A stretch of 64,000 nt of DNA from Botryllus schlosseri (Eukaryota): NCBI GenBank assembly GCA_051294905.1, contig CM119371.1, positions 12,650,001 to 12,714,000 on the forward strand, given 5' to 3'. Below, one piece after another: positions 52,467 to 64,000 of the stretch. Every line of letters begins with the position of its first letter. Position 1 is the stretch's first letter. The position numbers and the translations under genes were made by a program. Under the pieces are notes generated by a model. That model had not been told where the DNA came from. It made no database searches and saw only the letters and a program-made list of their open reading frames with translations.

Positions 52467-53899
52467 TTGGGAACCACTAAGTTAGACACGATACAAACAG
52501 TTTGCTATGCTCTGTTGGATATTATTGCAATAGGGTTTATGTGCAATGACGTTTCCAATTGCTTGAGGACTGTCAAACAACCACTTCTGTGAGTCGCATT
52601 CCTTTCCTACGCATCCTTCAGAAATAGGATAGGCAGGGAAAGTACGACGCTACACTATGGGGTGCGTGACTCGTGAATATATTGCATATATTCGAATCGA
52701 CCATTTGTAGCGCGAGGAAGAAAGTGCTGCATCAAGACGATGTGCTTTCTTAGCCTTAACTATTAATCAGAGGTTTTTCTGGCAACATAGAAAATATAAA
52801 TTAGGGGTCACCAACGCGGTGGTGGCGTACTACCGGTAGCCCGCGAGAACCAAATGAGTTGCCTGCGGTCGCAGTAGCAAATATTCAAATGAGAGATTTG
52901 AAAGTCGACAAAGAAGGGATTGATATGAGCAGCAGTCGGTTCAGTCGACCCTAAGGAACATACAAACGCGCCTTTATCTTCGCCCAGGCGGATGCTTAAC
53001 GGGAATCTAGTTAATAATCCCGAGTCTCAACGCGTAAATTGGCGCGAAGTGCGGAAACGCAACCGAACCCGGAGACGCTGGTGTATGGGTCCCGGTGATT
53101 GGGAGTTTTTTGTTCTTGGTACGAGGTGGAAACCTTCACCAGTGCTTTGAATGTCTGTCTAAGTCAGTGGTCGGGAACCTTTTTTGTCCGAAGAGCCATA
53201 TCAGCCCTATTTTTTCCATCTCAATTTTCAAAGAGCCATAAATGCCAATTAACTGTTACGTCACAATTGAGAATTCATGACGTCATAGTAGCACTAAATC
53301 AAGCTCACTACATGGAATTCCTCGTGCGCGCCATATTTTCTCTGTTAAAACTGGTATTTATTGATCTAAAATAAAGCTCGAAGCGAGAGGTAAGGCACAG
53401 GCGGGCCTCATCATTGATAACGCAATAATCCTAGGTATAGATTAGAATTTAGTATATCTGATATTAACTGTCGCACTCATTCTGAAAATCTAAATACTTG
53501 TCGACTTCTCAATTCTCAGAGTATTCGGCGGTAACATAACGTTGCGCTATATACATTATGCAAGCATACATTTTATCGCCGTTACTGCACAGAGCTATAC
53601 TAGTAATTTTGTAATTTAGTATTACTTACCAATCACGAACGTGGATAGCTATGGCGTTGTTTGTTATTCGAGTTTGTAATTGTGAATGTCACATCCACAG
53701 CAGTTCATATCGTGCCGTAGATCAGGAAGACAATGTGTATTTGAAAACTGCGTTTTGAAATGGGCGTCGCTATGTCTGCTACACGGTAAAAATTATTGTT
53801 GTAAAGTACCCTGTAACCAGCTTGTAATGGCGGACTGCAAGCTTGTGGAGGTTGTAAACGCCAAAGGCAGGCACATAACAAGCTGTCGTGCTTGTAAAT

Positions 53900-54378
53900 T
53901 AACATGCTTCAGAAATGATGTCCAATAATGGTCAACGCAGTTTGAACGTATACTTGAGACATAACTCATACATGATGTCAGACTGACAACGCAGGTCGAA
54001 CACCCCCGGATATGCCCCAGACATGCCCCAAACATGACGTTTGAGTTGAAACGCAGTCCAAACTCACCCTGCATGATGTTCGATCTGCAACCTTGTCCGA
54101 ACATACTCCAAACATTTATTAAACATGATGTCATGTGTCAACACAGTTCGAACACACCCCAGACCTTTGCCATACATGATGTTTGTGTCTCAAACTAAGA
54201 CCGCAGCACTCTCGCCACACATATCCCAGACATGATTTTCGAGTGACAACGCAGTTCGAACACACATTCGATATGACCCGACACGATGTCGGAGTTGAAA
54301 TGCAGTCTGAACCTAATCCATACATGCCTCAGACATCATGTCCGAGTGTCAACGCATTCCGAACACACCCCAGACATT
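53900..54378. repeat. Degenerate 40-60-bp subterminal tandem repeat
   Basis: acatgatgtc...caacgcagttcgaacacacc recurs about 9 times. Confidence 0.75.
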
Positions 54379-54921
54379 AGAACCGCGAATTATTAATATG
54401 TTCCATAGCGTTATAATGTTCGTTCATTGGTTTCCTCATCATCAATACTTTTAATTATCATTCTTATGTTCATTATATTTCAACATCGTCTGTTAAATCA
54501 TCCTGATAAACCGACACTGATACGGATACTGCTTGTACAATGTACTGTACAATATAAATACATGCGTTCTGGTTGAACGGTTCAGGAAAAGAGCGCGAAA
54601 GCAAGACGAGTATGGATATGGATTTGGATTTGAAATAATCGGAAGCAATGATTCTAATCGGGTTTAAAAACAATAGATATTGATTTAAAATGTATTTGAA
54701 GATGAATATATTTATACTTGGACATGTAGCGTTTTGTAACATTAGATGTTGATGCGATGATTCGAATAAATTTCAGCCTTTTCCTGACTTGGACTTGGAT
54801 TGGGATTCCGGATTTGGAACAAAATTTGGATTTTAATATATCACAGAACGGCGCGAATGGCGAATCACCCATTTTCGTGCAGGTGGAGGTCCGTCTGTTT
54901 CACTGTTTATTGCAATTTGGG

Positions 54922-57318
54922 ATGAATCTGTGGCCGTGTCCTACCGAAAGTTGCGCGTTTATACCGCCGTTTTCCAATAGAAAGTCTTTAATATCTCATG
55001 TGAATCGTTTCCACCGAGAGGAAAGCACATTCTTGTGCAAAATTGACCGATGCGACCGCGAGTTTGGTACGTGTAGAAGTTTCGTTGTACATGTTTATCG
55101 AACGCACAAAGAAGTCATAGAGAAGTCAACAAAAACGGCAGATATTCAACTTCAAGTGCCTATTGCTCAGAAAGCAGATAGTGATGATGGACAATTGATG
55201 ATTGAAAGTCAGAGCGGTACTGGTACATTTTTGCAGGAAGTCGCAAAAAGAAATATAAATTTCGAAGACAGTTTCTTCTTATTTACGTTGCGATGCCGAG
55301 AAGAATTCACTTTACCAAAGTCGACGTTTCGCGATATCATGCTGAATGTTGTGGACATACTAGATAAATATAGGATCGAAATATCTTCGCAAATTTCTGC
55401 ATCCAGCATGAACTCAACTGCTGCAAGTAGTAGCTCTCGTTTGGTTTTGCCAGACTTGGTCAATATGATGAATATTACCCAAAGTGACTGGCGTTATTCC
55501 AACGTGTTAGATCGATACGGCTTGATCAGACCCGTCACGCACCAATTTGAGGATCAATGTGAATGTCAGTATATTCCAATACTGAAAACCTTGCAATCGT
55601 ACATTTCTCACAGAGATGTTATACAAAGCATAGATGATAAAATGCTGATGCGTAAGGGCCCTGATGAATTCTTGTATGATTATACTGATGGAAATATTTT
55701 TCTTAATAATGCATTTTTTCGTGGCCAAAGGGAATTGTTGAGGATTCATTTATATTTAGACGACCTGGAGTTGTGTAATCCTTTGGGGTCTGCTCGTGGG
55801 AGTCATAAGCTATCAGTTTTCTATTTTCAACTGGGAAATATTGAAAATAAGTTTTTGTCAAATATCCGTAGCATTCACCCTGTGCTCATAGTAAAGTCTT
55901 CTGTTGTTAAAAAAATTGGTTACCATGCACTGTTGGAGCCATTACTCTCCGACTTGAAAATATTGGAAACTTCTGGTATCGACGTAACTTTGTGGAATGG
56001 TTCCGAGAGACATTTTCTTGGTGGCTTGGCAACGATAAGTGCAGACAACCTCGCAAGTCATGAGATAGGCGGCTTTCGCCAATGCTTCAGCTCTGGCTAC
56101 ATATGTCGGTTTTGCACATGTCATTATTCTGAGTTTCGTGAAATATCTAATGATCGTATGTTTACCCTGCGAACATCAACGAATCATAAAGCACATGTTG
56201 AAGCAGCACTGGCAACAAATGAAGAAGTATTTGGAGTGAAAAAAGATTGTGTTTTTGAAAGCTTGCTCTCATTTGACACTGTAAATGCTTTGCCCCCAGA
56301 CATGATGCATGACGTGTACGAGGGGGTCCTCTCTGTCACGTTGGACTACATCCTAACCAATTTGATCTACAAATTCGTCCCAAAGCAGCGCTTTGTGGAA
56401 CGTGTAATGTCATTTCCGTATGGAAGGCATGAGATACGTAACAAGCCTAACTTTACTGGAAAAATGAACAGGCTGAGTGCGTCGCAAACTTGGTGTTTTT
56501 TTCGCCATCTTCCGTTTTTTGTTGGTCATGACATCCCTGAAGGGAATATGATCTGGGCCTGGTATTTGCTGCTATCAGAAATCTGTGATATTTTATTTGC
56601 TGAAGTTACGAAGAGGGAAAATGCTCATGAACTGGTGTATCTCGTTACTGAATTCTTCGAGACTGTAAAAGAGACAGCACCTGAGATTATAAAACCTAAA
56701 TTTCACTTCCTCTTGCATTACGGAATAATGATTTTAAGGTATGGAAATCTCAGGAATGTCTGGTGCATGAGATTTGAGAGTTACCATCAACGATTGAAGA
56801 AAATTGCCAGGGCAAATTCAAATTTTAAAAACATTTCCTTGTCAGTCGCATGTAGGCTACAGTATCGAAAATGTTATGAATTTTGTTCGCCTGATATTTT
56901 GCATGACGATGTGCCAAGTGTTGACTCGCGGTCGTTACACTGGGATTCGATTCCAAAAGAGTATGTTGAACGAATTGAAGCCCATTATGAGGTCGACAGC
57001 CAGACGGTGACTAGTGTCAAAGTGTTTCATGACATGTCTCACAAATATCAGGTTCAAGATATTTTTGTTGTTGAAAAAACTGCTGATGAACTAACATGTT
57101 GTAAAATTGAGTATATATTGTATGTCAATGCTGAGTGCTTCTTGTGTACCAAATTGATAAAATCTATTCAGTTTATTGAACACTTTCATAGCTACTCCAT
57201 GAAAGAAGTTGGGTATCGAGTTTTTCGTCCCAGAGACTTGATATATCATGAGCCCCAGCATATGTATGTAATCAATACCAGGAACTTGATAAGATTACGT
57301 CGTGGTGTGTATAACTGA
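54922..57318 (+). CDS. EnSpm/CACTA-type transposase (798 aa from the second Met; 853-aa ORF from 54757)
   Basis: Two N-terminal C2H2 fingers; LYLDD.E.CNPLG, ADNLASH.IGGF..CRFC, PPD.MHD.YEG, KPKFH.L.HY, WCMRFES.H motifs; uninterrupted. Confidence 0.9.
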   Translation: MNLWPCPTESCAFIPPFSNRKSLISHVNRFHREESTFLCKIDRCDREFGTCRSFVVHVYRTHKEVIEKSTKTADIQLQVPIAQKADSDDGQLMIESQSGTGTFLQEVAKRNINFEDSFFLFTLRCREEFTLPKSTFRDIMLNVVDILDKYRIEISSQISASSMNSTAASSSSRLVLPDLVNMMNITQSDWRYSNVLDRYGLIRPVTHQFEDQCECQYIPILKTLQSYISHRDVIQSIDDKMLMRKGPDEFLYDYTDGNIFLNNAFFRGQRELLRIHLYLDDLELCNPLGSARGSHKLSVFYFQLGNIENKFLSNIRSIHPVLIVKSSVVKKIGYHALLEPLLSDLKILETSGIDVTLWNGSERHFLGGLATISADNLASHEIGGFRQCFSSGYICRFCTCHYSEFREISNDRMFTLRTSTNHKAHVEAALATNEEVFGVKKDCVFESLLSFDTVNALPPDMMHDVYEGVLSVTLDYILTNLIYKFVPKQRFVERVMSFPYGRHEIRNKPNFTGKMNRLSASQTWCFFRHLPFFVGHDIPEGNMIWAWYLLLSEICDILFAEVTKRENAHELVYLVTEFFETVKETAPEIIKPKFHFLLHYGIMILRYGNLRNVWCMRFESYHQRLKKIARANSNFKNISLSVACRLQYRKCYEFCSPDILHDDVPSVDSRSLHWDSIPKEYVERIEAHYEVDSQTVTSVKVFHDMSHKYQVQDIFVVEKTADELTCCKIEYILYVNAECFLCTKLIKSIQFIEHFHSYSMKEVGYRVFRPRDLIYHEPQHMYVINTRNLIRLRRGVYN

Positions 57319-57376
57319 GGAATGCAATCATTTGTGGTTTGATGTAATTCAGGTTATTTATATAGTCTCGGTTGCT

Positions 57377-60300
57377 ATGGCTGACTCTGAAGAACAGTAC
57401 AAGTTGAAGGTGACCTACGGTGACCGCTCAAGAATGTTTAGAGTGTACTGTAAATCAGACGTTAAAACGGCTGTGTTACACGAATTCCCGGAAGTTGACG
57501 CTGACAATGCCAACATTGAATACTACGATGAAGATTTTGGCTGGGTTGAACTTGATTGTGATATCGTCGAAATTTCCAATGGCGGTCTGTTAAAATTGAG
57601 TAAGAAGAAAAGTTCAGGTAATCGAGTCCCATAGCTATAGGTGCTTGGTTACTTGGTATTGGTGTCTTGCAGATTCTTTGAAAGCCGCAGATTCGCCTCG
57701 TGCTGGTCTTTGCAATTCAAATTGTGGCACCAGTATCGTGAATGTATCACTGACCGAAGAGCAGGAGAGTAGTAAGTATTTTGTCACATTTGCCGGTGTA
57801 TAGTAGTGTTTTTGAAAATTTATCATATCGCTGACAAGCTTACGCGTACTTAGACGGGTCAATGCGTCAACACGATGAAGCTTGTCCTATCCATGTATTA
57901 TGGGCAGTTACTGAGTTACGCACATTATTAACCGTCATAAATTAATGCTAACTATTTAAAACCCCTCCCTTTTCATCTGTCCACCGCATGTAGAAATAGA
58001 AGTCACCTATGCATGAGCTTGGCTAATAAACCCTCATGATGGCTGAGAATGCTGTTTTCTGGAATTCAGTCGCATTTTGTTTTAGTAAGTGGTATTTCAA
58101 TTACAGGCGATATAGGCAGTGATCTGGCAAATTCTGAAAGACCCCATAATGTTTCGCCAGTCGTGAATGCGGAAGAATGCACCAATAAGGCAAAAAAGTG
58201 GCCTGGTTCTGAATACACGGTGCGCCTACCACAGTATTTGCATAACCAAGTGGAAAAAATGCAAAAGTTGCAGTCAAAAAGCGGCATGGGGCGAACTTTG
58301 AGATCAGCTATTGTGGATCATCTGTTCAAGGATATCGTGGAGTATTACGGGTGTGTATTGGCCAGGGGCGGGCAACATACGGCCCGCGAAGGGATTTTGT
58401 CCGGCCCGCGGACTGTTTTCCGTCTAACATGATAATGTGGCCCGCGGCCCCAGTCAGCCGAGATTCCCCAAGACTGTATGTTATTATATACGTGTATGCG
58501 CAGCGTGCGATAGTGGAGCTTACGCGTAAGCTCGTCGAAGCGATAAGACTTGCATTATCGCCATATATCGCGCAAAATAATTCCTGTCGATTGTGGCTTT
58601 GTGCTCCCTTCAGATGCTATGGCCATGTTTTACTCCAGTTCGGCTCTGTTACTTCCACAGCCCAATTCACTGTGTACCAATTTTAGTGCAATCGGGTTGA
58701 TTATATACGTGAACGTTTCGTTCAGACTTTCTCCGCCAACGCATGCAAGAAAAGAGGCATGTTCAGCTCTAATTCGGAAATATCCAATTCTGAAATTAGT
58801 TACGGCTGATGAAGATAATTTTCTTCCGCCATATGTAAGTTTTGAGGCTTGCAGTGTGGAAATATCACACTCTGTCAAATTCGATACAATTTAGCACTCA
58901 TGGATAACGAGACTCAACGACAAAATATATAACGAGCATCGGAAAATGAAAGACACAGACGATCCGGTTCTCCTAGCAAACAGAAAAAAGTTCGGACGGA
59001 CTGGCCCGCGGAGACGGCTTCCTGCTGAAGAATCGCCGACGGCAAGCCCACGATGCAAGAAACCCAGAAGTTCTGATGTTGCAGACGAAGTATGAAACTG
59101 CTATTTCAATGGAACCTCAAAGTTGAGAAACACCGATTCATATCAATTAAAAATTTCAGGAAATTGAATCTTTGACCAATGATAAAAGTTCAGCTGAACA
59201 CAAGGCATTCATATTGTCTGAATCGAGTTCGTCAAACCCAGCGAAGGGAGAGCTATTGAAATCCATGAAAGCCACCTTCAAAAGTCGCCGGTCTGACATA
59301 GAAGCCTGCATGCCAACTGCTGAAATTCTTATGGAATATCCGCTTCTGAGAGAATCATATTGGGTAAGAAAAATATCATTTGTTCGATTTCTGTTTACTG
59401 GTAATTGTTGATGTTTCAGCTATTGGAGGAGATGAAGATCATAAACAATGGTCTGAATATACTGGACAATATCCAAGAAAAAGCAATATTCTCTCAGCAC
59501 GCGACAAAAATAAACTGGAGTCGCGTGCCAACCAGCATTACAGCTGTGATGGGTACGATGCTTCAAGAATACAAATTATTGGATGTCTCAAAATAATAAT
59601 TTTTTTCAGATTCTGTGAAAATGAACTGGATGGTCGGTATACCTGCAATGTTCAAAGAGTCATACGACAAATTTTTGGTTATAGATCAGGTTCGTACCAT
59701 ATACATACCGGCATTGCATTACTATGAAGATAACCTTGCTACGATCATTATAAGCCAAGAGTTCGATATATTAGAGGATAGCAATACCTCAATATTGTAG
59801 TTCAGTGGTTCTCAACCTTTTTGACCTCGCGGCACCCTTTGAAAATTGAAAATAGATTGCGGCACACTAGCACAGTGGTTCGCAACCTTTTTGACCTCGC
59901 GGCACCCTTTGAAAATTGAAAATAGTTTGCGGCACGCTAGCACAGTGGTTCGCAACATTTTTTGACGGATCTGTAAACTGCCAGAATACTGCATTGTCAC
60001 ACAGGCGCCGCCATGTCTGCTGAATTCAGCCTTTCAAGCACGCGATGGCATGACAGCAATTTCGTTTTGTCATATGTACAAACTTCAAATCGAGTCTGAT
60101 GTAGTACTGATCATTTCCTATATCCTAGAATTATTTTGCACATAATTTCAAAATTTAGAAGAAATCTCTCACGGCACACCGGTTGAGAACCACTGCTGTA
60201 GTTCTATTGGCAGCCACCTGCAGCTCAATTCTAGTTCCAACAAACTGGGATAATAACCTCAGCGACGGGAAAATTTGTTAGCTGATATAATTTGATCAAC

Positions 60301-62705
60301 TATACTTCTCAATTCTCATATTCGGCACCTGTAACCAATGTTCCCTCTAATTTTTCAAGAGTCTGCGCAAACACGCCAACTCAGTGCGCAGGCCCTCGGA
60401 CAGCAGTGCGCAACCATCCTCCAATAGGGTGATAAAACTAACTAGGGACTGGGGCTCTAGGCTTCTTCGGTACTTATCATGTACTTTGGGTGCCCATTTA
60501 GTAGTAGCGTCCCTAGAACGCGCCAGGCGCGAAAATTTTTCTATAATTCATGATTGCATCGGCCAATATGATCGGGAATTGCATATATATTGCTATCAAT
60601 TTTCATCCTCTCCCTGCTGACATAATCATATTTACCGGTAGAGCTGGTCCAGTGAGGTGTGTTGGAATAGATAGGCTCTCTAAATAATAATAAAACATCT
60701 TCGGGCGTACCCGTTGATATAATGACTTCGTTACATAAAAGACGCACACGATTTCAAATTGGTATTTCTTAACTGGAAAATAATGTTCCCTCGATATGGC
60801 ATTTGTCTTGTTGTGGGACTCGGATCGCCAGGACAGGAACATTCGGCGCCAGCCATTTAGGCGCCCATGGACATGGACAATTACACATATATTTGTATAT
60901 ATCGAAGTTTTCGGTCAGCACCGGGGCAGTCTTTTTCGCCCAAGGTTTTCTCGCTGCTGATCGTTCTGGCGCACTTCTTGGATTCGCATGTTACAAAGCC
61001 TTTAACTTCAAATGTCTTGGCGCGTCATGGTGCGGTAATGGCCGACGCCCAACTGCCCATTTCTATAAATCATGCCTAATTTTTGTTGGGAAAGGGTACC
61101 CAATAATCAGATATCTTACAATAATAAAACGCGCGTAGCGCGAAAAAAAATTCCTGAAAATTTCAAAAATACACCATGATTTATGTTAATTCTCGAAATA
61201 ATTTTGTACCCCCTTCGAGCTCGGACCCTCCAATTGGGGGGTTTGGGGTGCGAAAGTTACGGTCCTGAGTAAATCTTACGCAATGTCCATGCCACGCGAA
61301 GAAGACTATCATTCGTTAGTTTCTTGCAGTTTAACTTCGTGCTAGCCCATTGTTATTTATAACTTTGTTAAACCAGGTTATCTCGCCATTCCCAGAAAAT
61401 AATGAGCTATTGAAATGATATCAGTATCGCTCACGTGTACGAGGCCATACTAAAAAAATATCTCCCGTGAGGCGCAGGTCATTGTGAACTCCCTTCCTCA
61501 CGGAGCGCAATAGTTACCTTAGCGGGGCGCACTTGTACCTCGGTTTCTGACTTCAGTGATAACACTATTTGGCCCTGGCAATGTTCCATCTTAATTTTCA
61601 CGAATCTGCGCGCCTGCGTGGTCCATTGGACAACAGTGCGCAACAACTATAAAAAAACATCATTTCTGATTTTTTGCGCGCAACGTAGATTTTCTGTGCG
61701 CAGAGACCGTTTGAGCACTGCGCATTTGCGCACGTGCGCAGCTTAGAGGGAACATTGCCTGTAACATAACGTTACGTTGCACTTCGAGCCTACATTTCAA
61801 CGGCAGTACTGATACGCGACCTAACAATCGCAATGTGGATGGCTATGTTCGTCAAATTTTTGAACGGGACCGGCACTTCCAAGTGGGTTCATTTCTCGCT
61901 GGTGATTAGGAAGACGATGAGGATATGCCGAGTAAAGCGAATTCGAGCGGGGTATTGATTGCGGGTGGGACCAATGTTCCCTCTATTTTTTACGAGTCAG
62001 CGCGCACTCACCGTGCGGTTACTTGGTCAACAGTACGTAACCACGAAAAAAAAAGGTTATCACTTCGAATTTGTTGTGCGCAGCTTAGAGAGAACATTGG
62101 GCACGACAGCAATTTTGATTTGTCTATTAACGTCACATCGAAGCCGATTTAGATTAATGATCATTTGCTGTATAAAGACTGGAAGTACTTCGCGCATAAT
62201 TTTTGAATGTAGAAGAAATCTCTTGAAGCACCCTTACGAGACATAAATGGCACATTAGTGTGTCGCGGCATACCGGTTGAGAACCAGTGTTTTAGTAAGT
62301 GCTGTACTCGTCATCGTTGGACCAATTACACCAGTTTGCCAAAAAGTCATTGTTGGACCAATTACACCAGTTTGCCAAAAAATTACTCTCTTAGTGGTAC
62401 TACTCTCATTGCCTTTCAATATACAGATGTACCTTTCTTTTCAGGATGATTCGGAATCACCAAACCCAATCATACATTTGGACACTGGGAAAAAGACATG
62501 GACGGTACACTTTGATGGGCTTAAGATTAATGACATTGTAGATTTTGCATATGCTTTGGCTATCATTCTATCCCTGCATTGGGTATTTAATATCCAATTC
62601 GAGCGCAGTGTGAATAACACCTTGCATTTCTTATCCATCTGCATTGGCAAAATCAAGGGACTGCGTGTACCATCTGCAGTCACTTCAATCTGTGATAAAA
62701 TGTGA
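57377..62705 (+). CDS. SAMD3-like EnSpm accessory protein, 9 exons, 521 aa
   Basis: join(57377..57617,57673..57771,58107..58350,58726..58834,58895..59089,59160..59363,59420..59552,59610..59689,62445..62705) = 1566 nt, all GT-AG and open. PB1-like N-terminus; ALIRKYPIL, W...L..K..N, MKATF.SRR, HWVFNIQF...TL.FL motifs. Confidence 0.8.
59803..60195. mobile_element. Charlie-like MITE with tandemly reiterated 70-bp left end
   Basis: Left TIR at 59803, 59873, 59943; TSD TTGTAGTT/CTGTAGTT. Confidence 0.85.
60336..61757. mobile_element. hAT non-autonomous element (TGCGCA motifs)
   Basis: TIR CAATGTTCCCTCTAA; perfect TSD CCTGTAAC; internal second left end at 61579; short relative at 61972-62099. Confidence 0.9.
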
Positions 62706-63314
62706 TATAGAAAGTGATTCGACTGATTTTACCACTAATGGACATTGATGTAAAAGTGGTTATCAAGTTTTCAAGAAAATTTACCTTTTTTGGAGTGCTA
62801 AATCACATTTTGAACTGCTCTGAACTTAATTTTTACTCTGCTACTTCTGTAAAGTACAAATAGAAGTGGAATAAGTTTGTATCTGCCAAATTAACTGTTT
62901 CAGAGTACTTGAGTACTTTCCATTCATTTACTATACTACGAGAAGTATCAGCACGTGGCAATTGCTGCCCCTGAGCAATAAATTAGGACATTAGGTTTTA
63001 CCCAAGTTCCAATGCTGAATAATGTGATCTTGCCTTTACTTTGACCTCTTCAATCTTATTAACATACGTCTCTGATGGCCAAGTCGTGACACTTTTGTTA
63101 TTGTTCCATACTGTGTTATTATACTGTGCTGACTGCTGGTGTTACTATACTGTTCCTGCTGCATGTGTTGCTTCTGCTTCTATTCATTTGCTGTATAAAA
63201 AATGCCCGTTCTTTCTATTGATTTGTGATCAATTATGACCACCGTGCATCATGTCAGTTGTAATGTCGACTACTGCAAGTATCAGGTGCAAGATTATAGG
63301 TGAGAAAGAGAGAG

Positions 63315-63454
63315 AGTTACAAGCTTATGGTTGTAGTGAGCTTACAGGGTTATGGCTGTAGTGAGCTTACAGGGTTATGGCTGTAATGAGCTTACAGGGT
63401 TATGGCTGTAGTGAGCTTACAGGCTTATGGCTGTAGTGAGCTTACAGGCTTATG
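63315..63454. repeat. 25-bp tandem repeat (~5.5 units), EnSpm right subterminal array
   Basis: agcttacagggttatggctgtagtg units at 63339, 63364, 63389, 63414. Confidence 0.9.
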
Positions 63455-64000
63455 TCGCGGGCCGCAAAATAAACGTCTGCGGGCCGCGGGTTGAGAACCC
63501 CTGCACTACGCTATCGGGGCTCTGCAAAAACCAACGTCCAGGTTTACACCAAGAATATTGATATCCCAATTAAGATTTTATTTCTGTTTTACTGGATGTA
63601 TTCGAAATCGTCAGTAACTAATTAATATTCCGCGTAAATAGTATACTCGATTAGAAAAATTACGGTTTTAGTATGGTGTTACCGGCATCAGAATTTCGCT
63701 TGGAATGGCAAAATTGGCATTTTGCAAAAATCGTATCGTCGGAAAGAATCCGATACCAATGCCTGGTATTTTATCACGACGATTCAACTGCACACAGACT
63801 TACATTGAAGCAATGACCAATTGTTCATGAGCATCCTATTTATCGATTTTCGCACAATAACTATTTTCCACAAAATTACATAGCCACATAGTTCATTGGT
63901 CGTGAGTATTTCAACCACTTATAGTAGTTTAAACGCCACAAACTTTATATTATAGAGTTCGACGTGACAGCTAAGACCCGAGAGCCGAAATTGCTCCGTA

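Larger units (their letters stand above)
50293..52479. mobile_element. Charlie-like element, positional counterpart of 14141-15642
   Basis: TSD AGTTACAC/AGTTAGAC; homologous left flank. Confidence 0.8.
53782..63454 (+). mobile_element. EnSpm/CACTA (CMC) DNA transposon, right TIR not found
   Basis: Left end CACGGTAAAAA; left motifs ACCCTGTAA/AGCTTGTAA recur inverted in the 25-bp array at 63315-63454; encloses the transposase and a second gene. Confidence 0.8.

Noticed and set aside
54757..54921. First 55 codons of the 853-aa ORF
   Set aside because: Overlap a GGATTT-repeat MITE-like segment (~54540-54845); zinc fingers start just after Met at 54922.

Overview
AT-rich eukaryotic genomic DNA, probably from an invertebrate animal (GT-AG introns of 55-70 nt, tRNA-derived SINEs). 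I cannot name the species from sequence alone. Most short ORFs in the track are noise and most of the window is nested transposon debris: about 20 hAT-type non-autonomous elements with readable 8-bp TSDs, a tRNA-SINE family, a 5'-truncated R4-type LINE, an RNase-H LINE remnant, and satellites grown inside MITEs. Three things stand out. (1) A hidden family of small, spliced genes for predicted secreted proteins, built as kB-like site + TATA, non-coding exon, signal-peptide exon, 23-25-nt microexon, large exon. There is one intact copy (CDS 8722-13480, 148 aa), a frameshifted paralogue (42429-46533), a decayed copy (~6.5-7.6 kb) and a more distant minus-strand candidate (33759-26093). (2) A 4.35-kb foldback hAT (hATm-like) element (27488-31837) made of two inverted left ends, each carrying a transposase N-terminal ORF, lying in a predicted intron: a Mu-killer-like hairpin configuration. 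(3) An animal EnSpm/CACTA element (53782-~63454) with an intact transposase ORF and an intact 9-exon, 521-aa SAMD3-like second gene, but no recognisable right TIR. Gene models and alignments were done by eye and no database searches were run.
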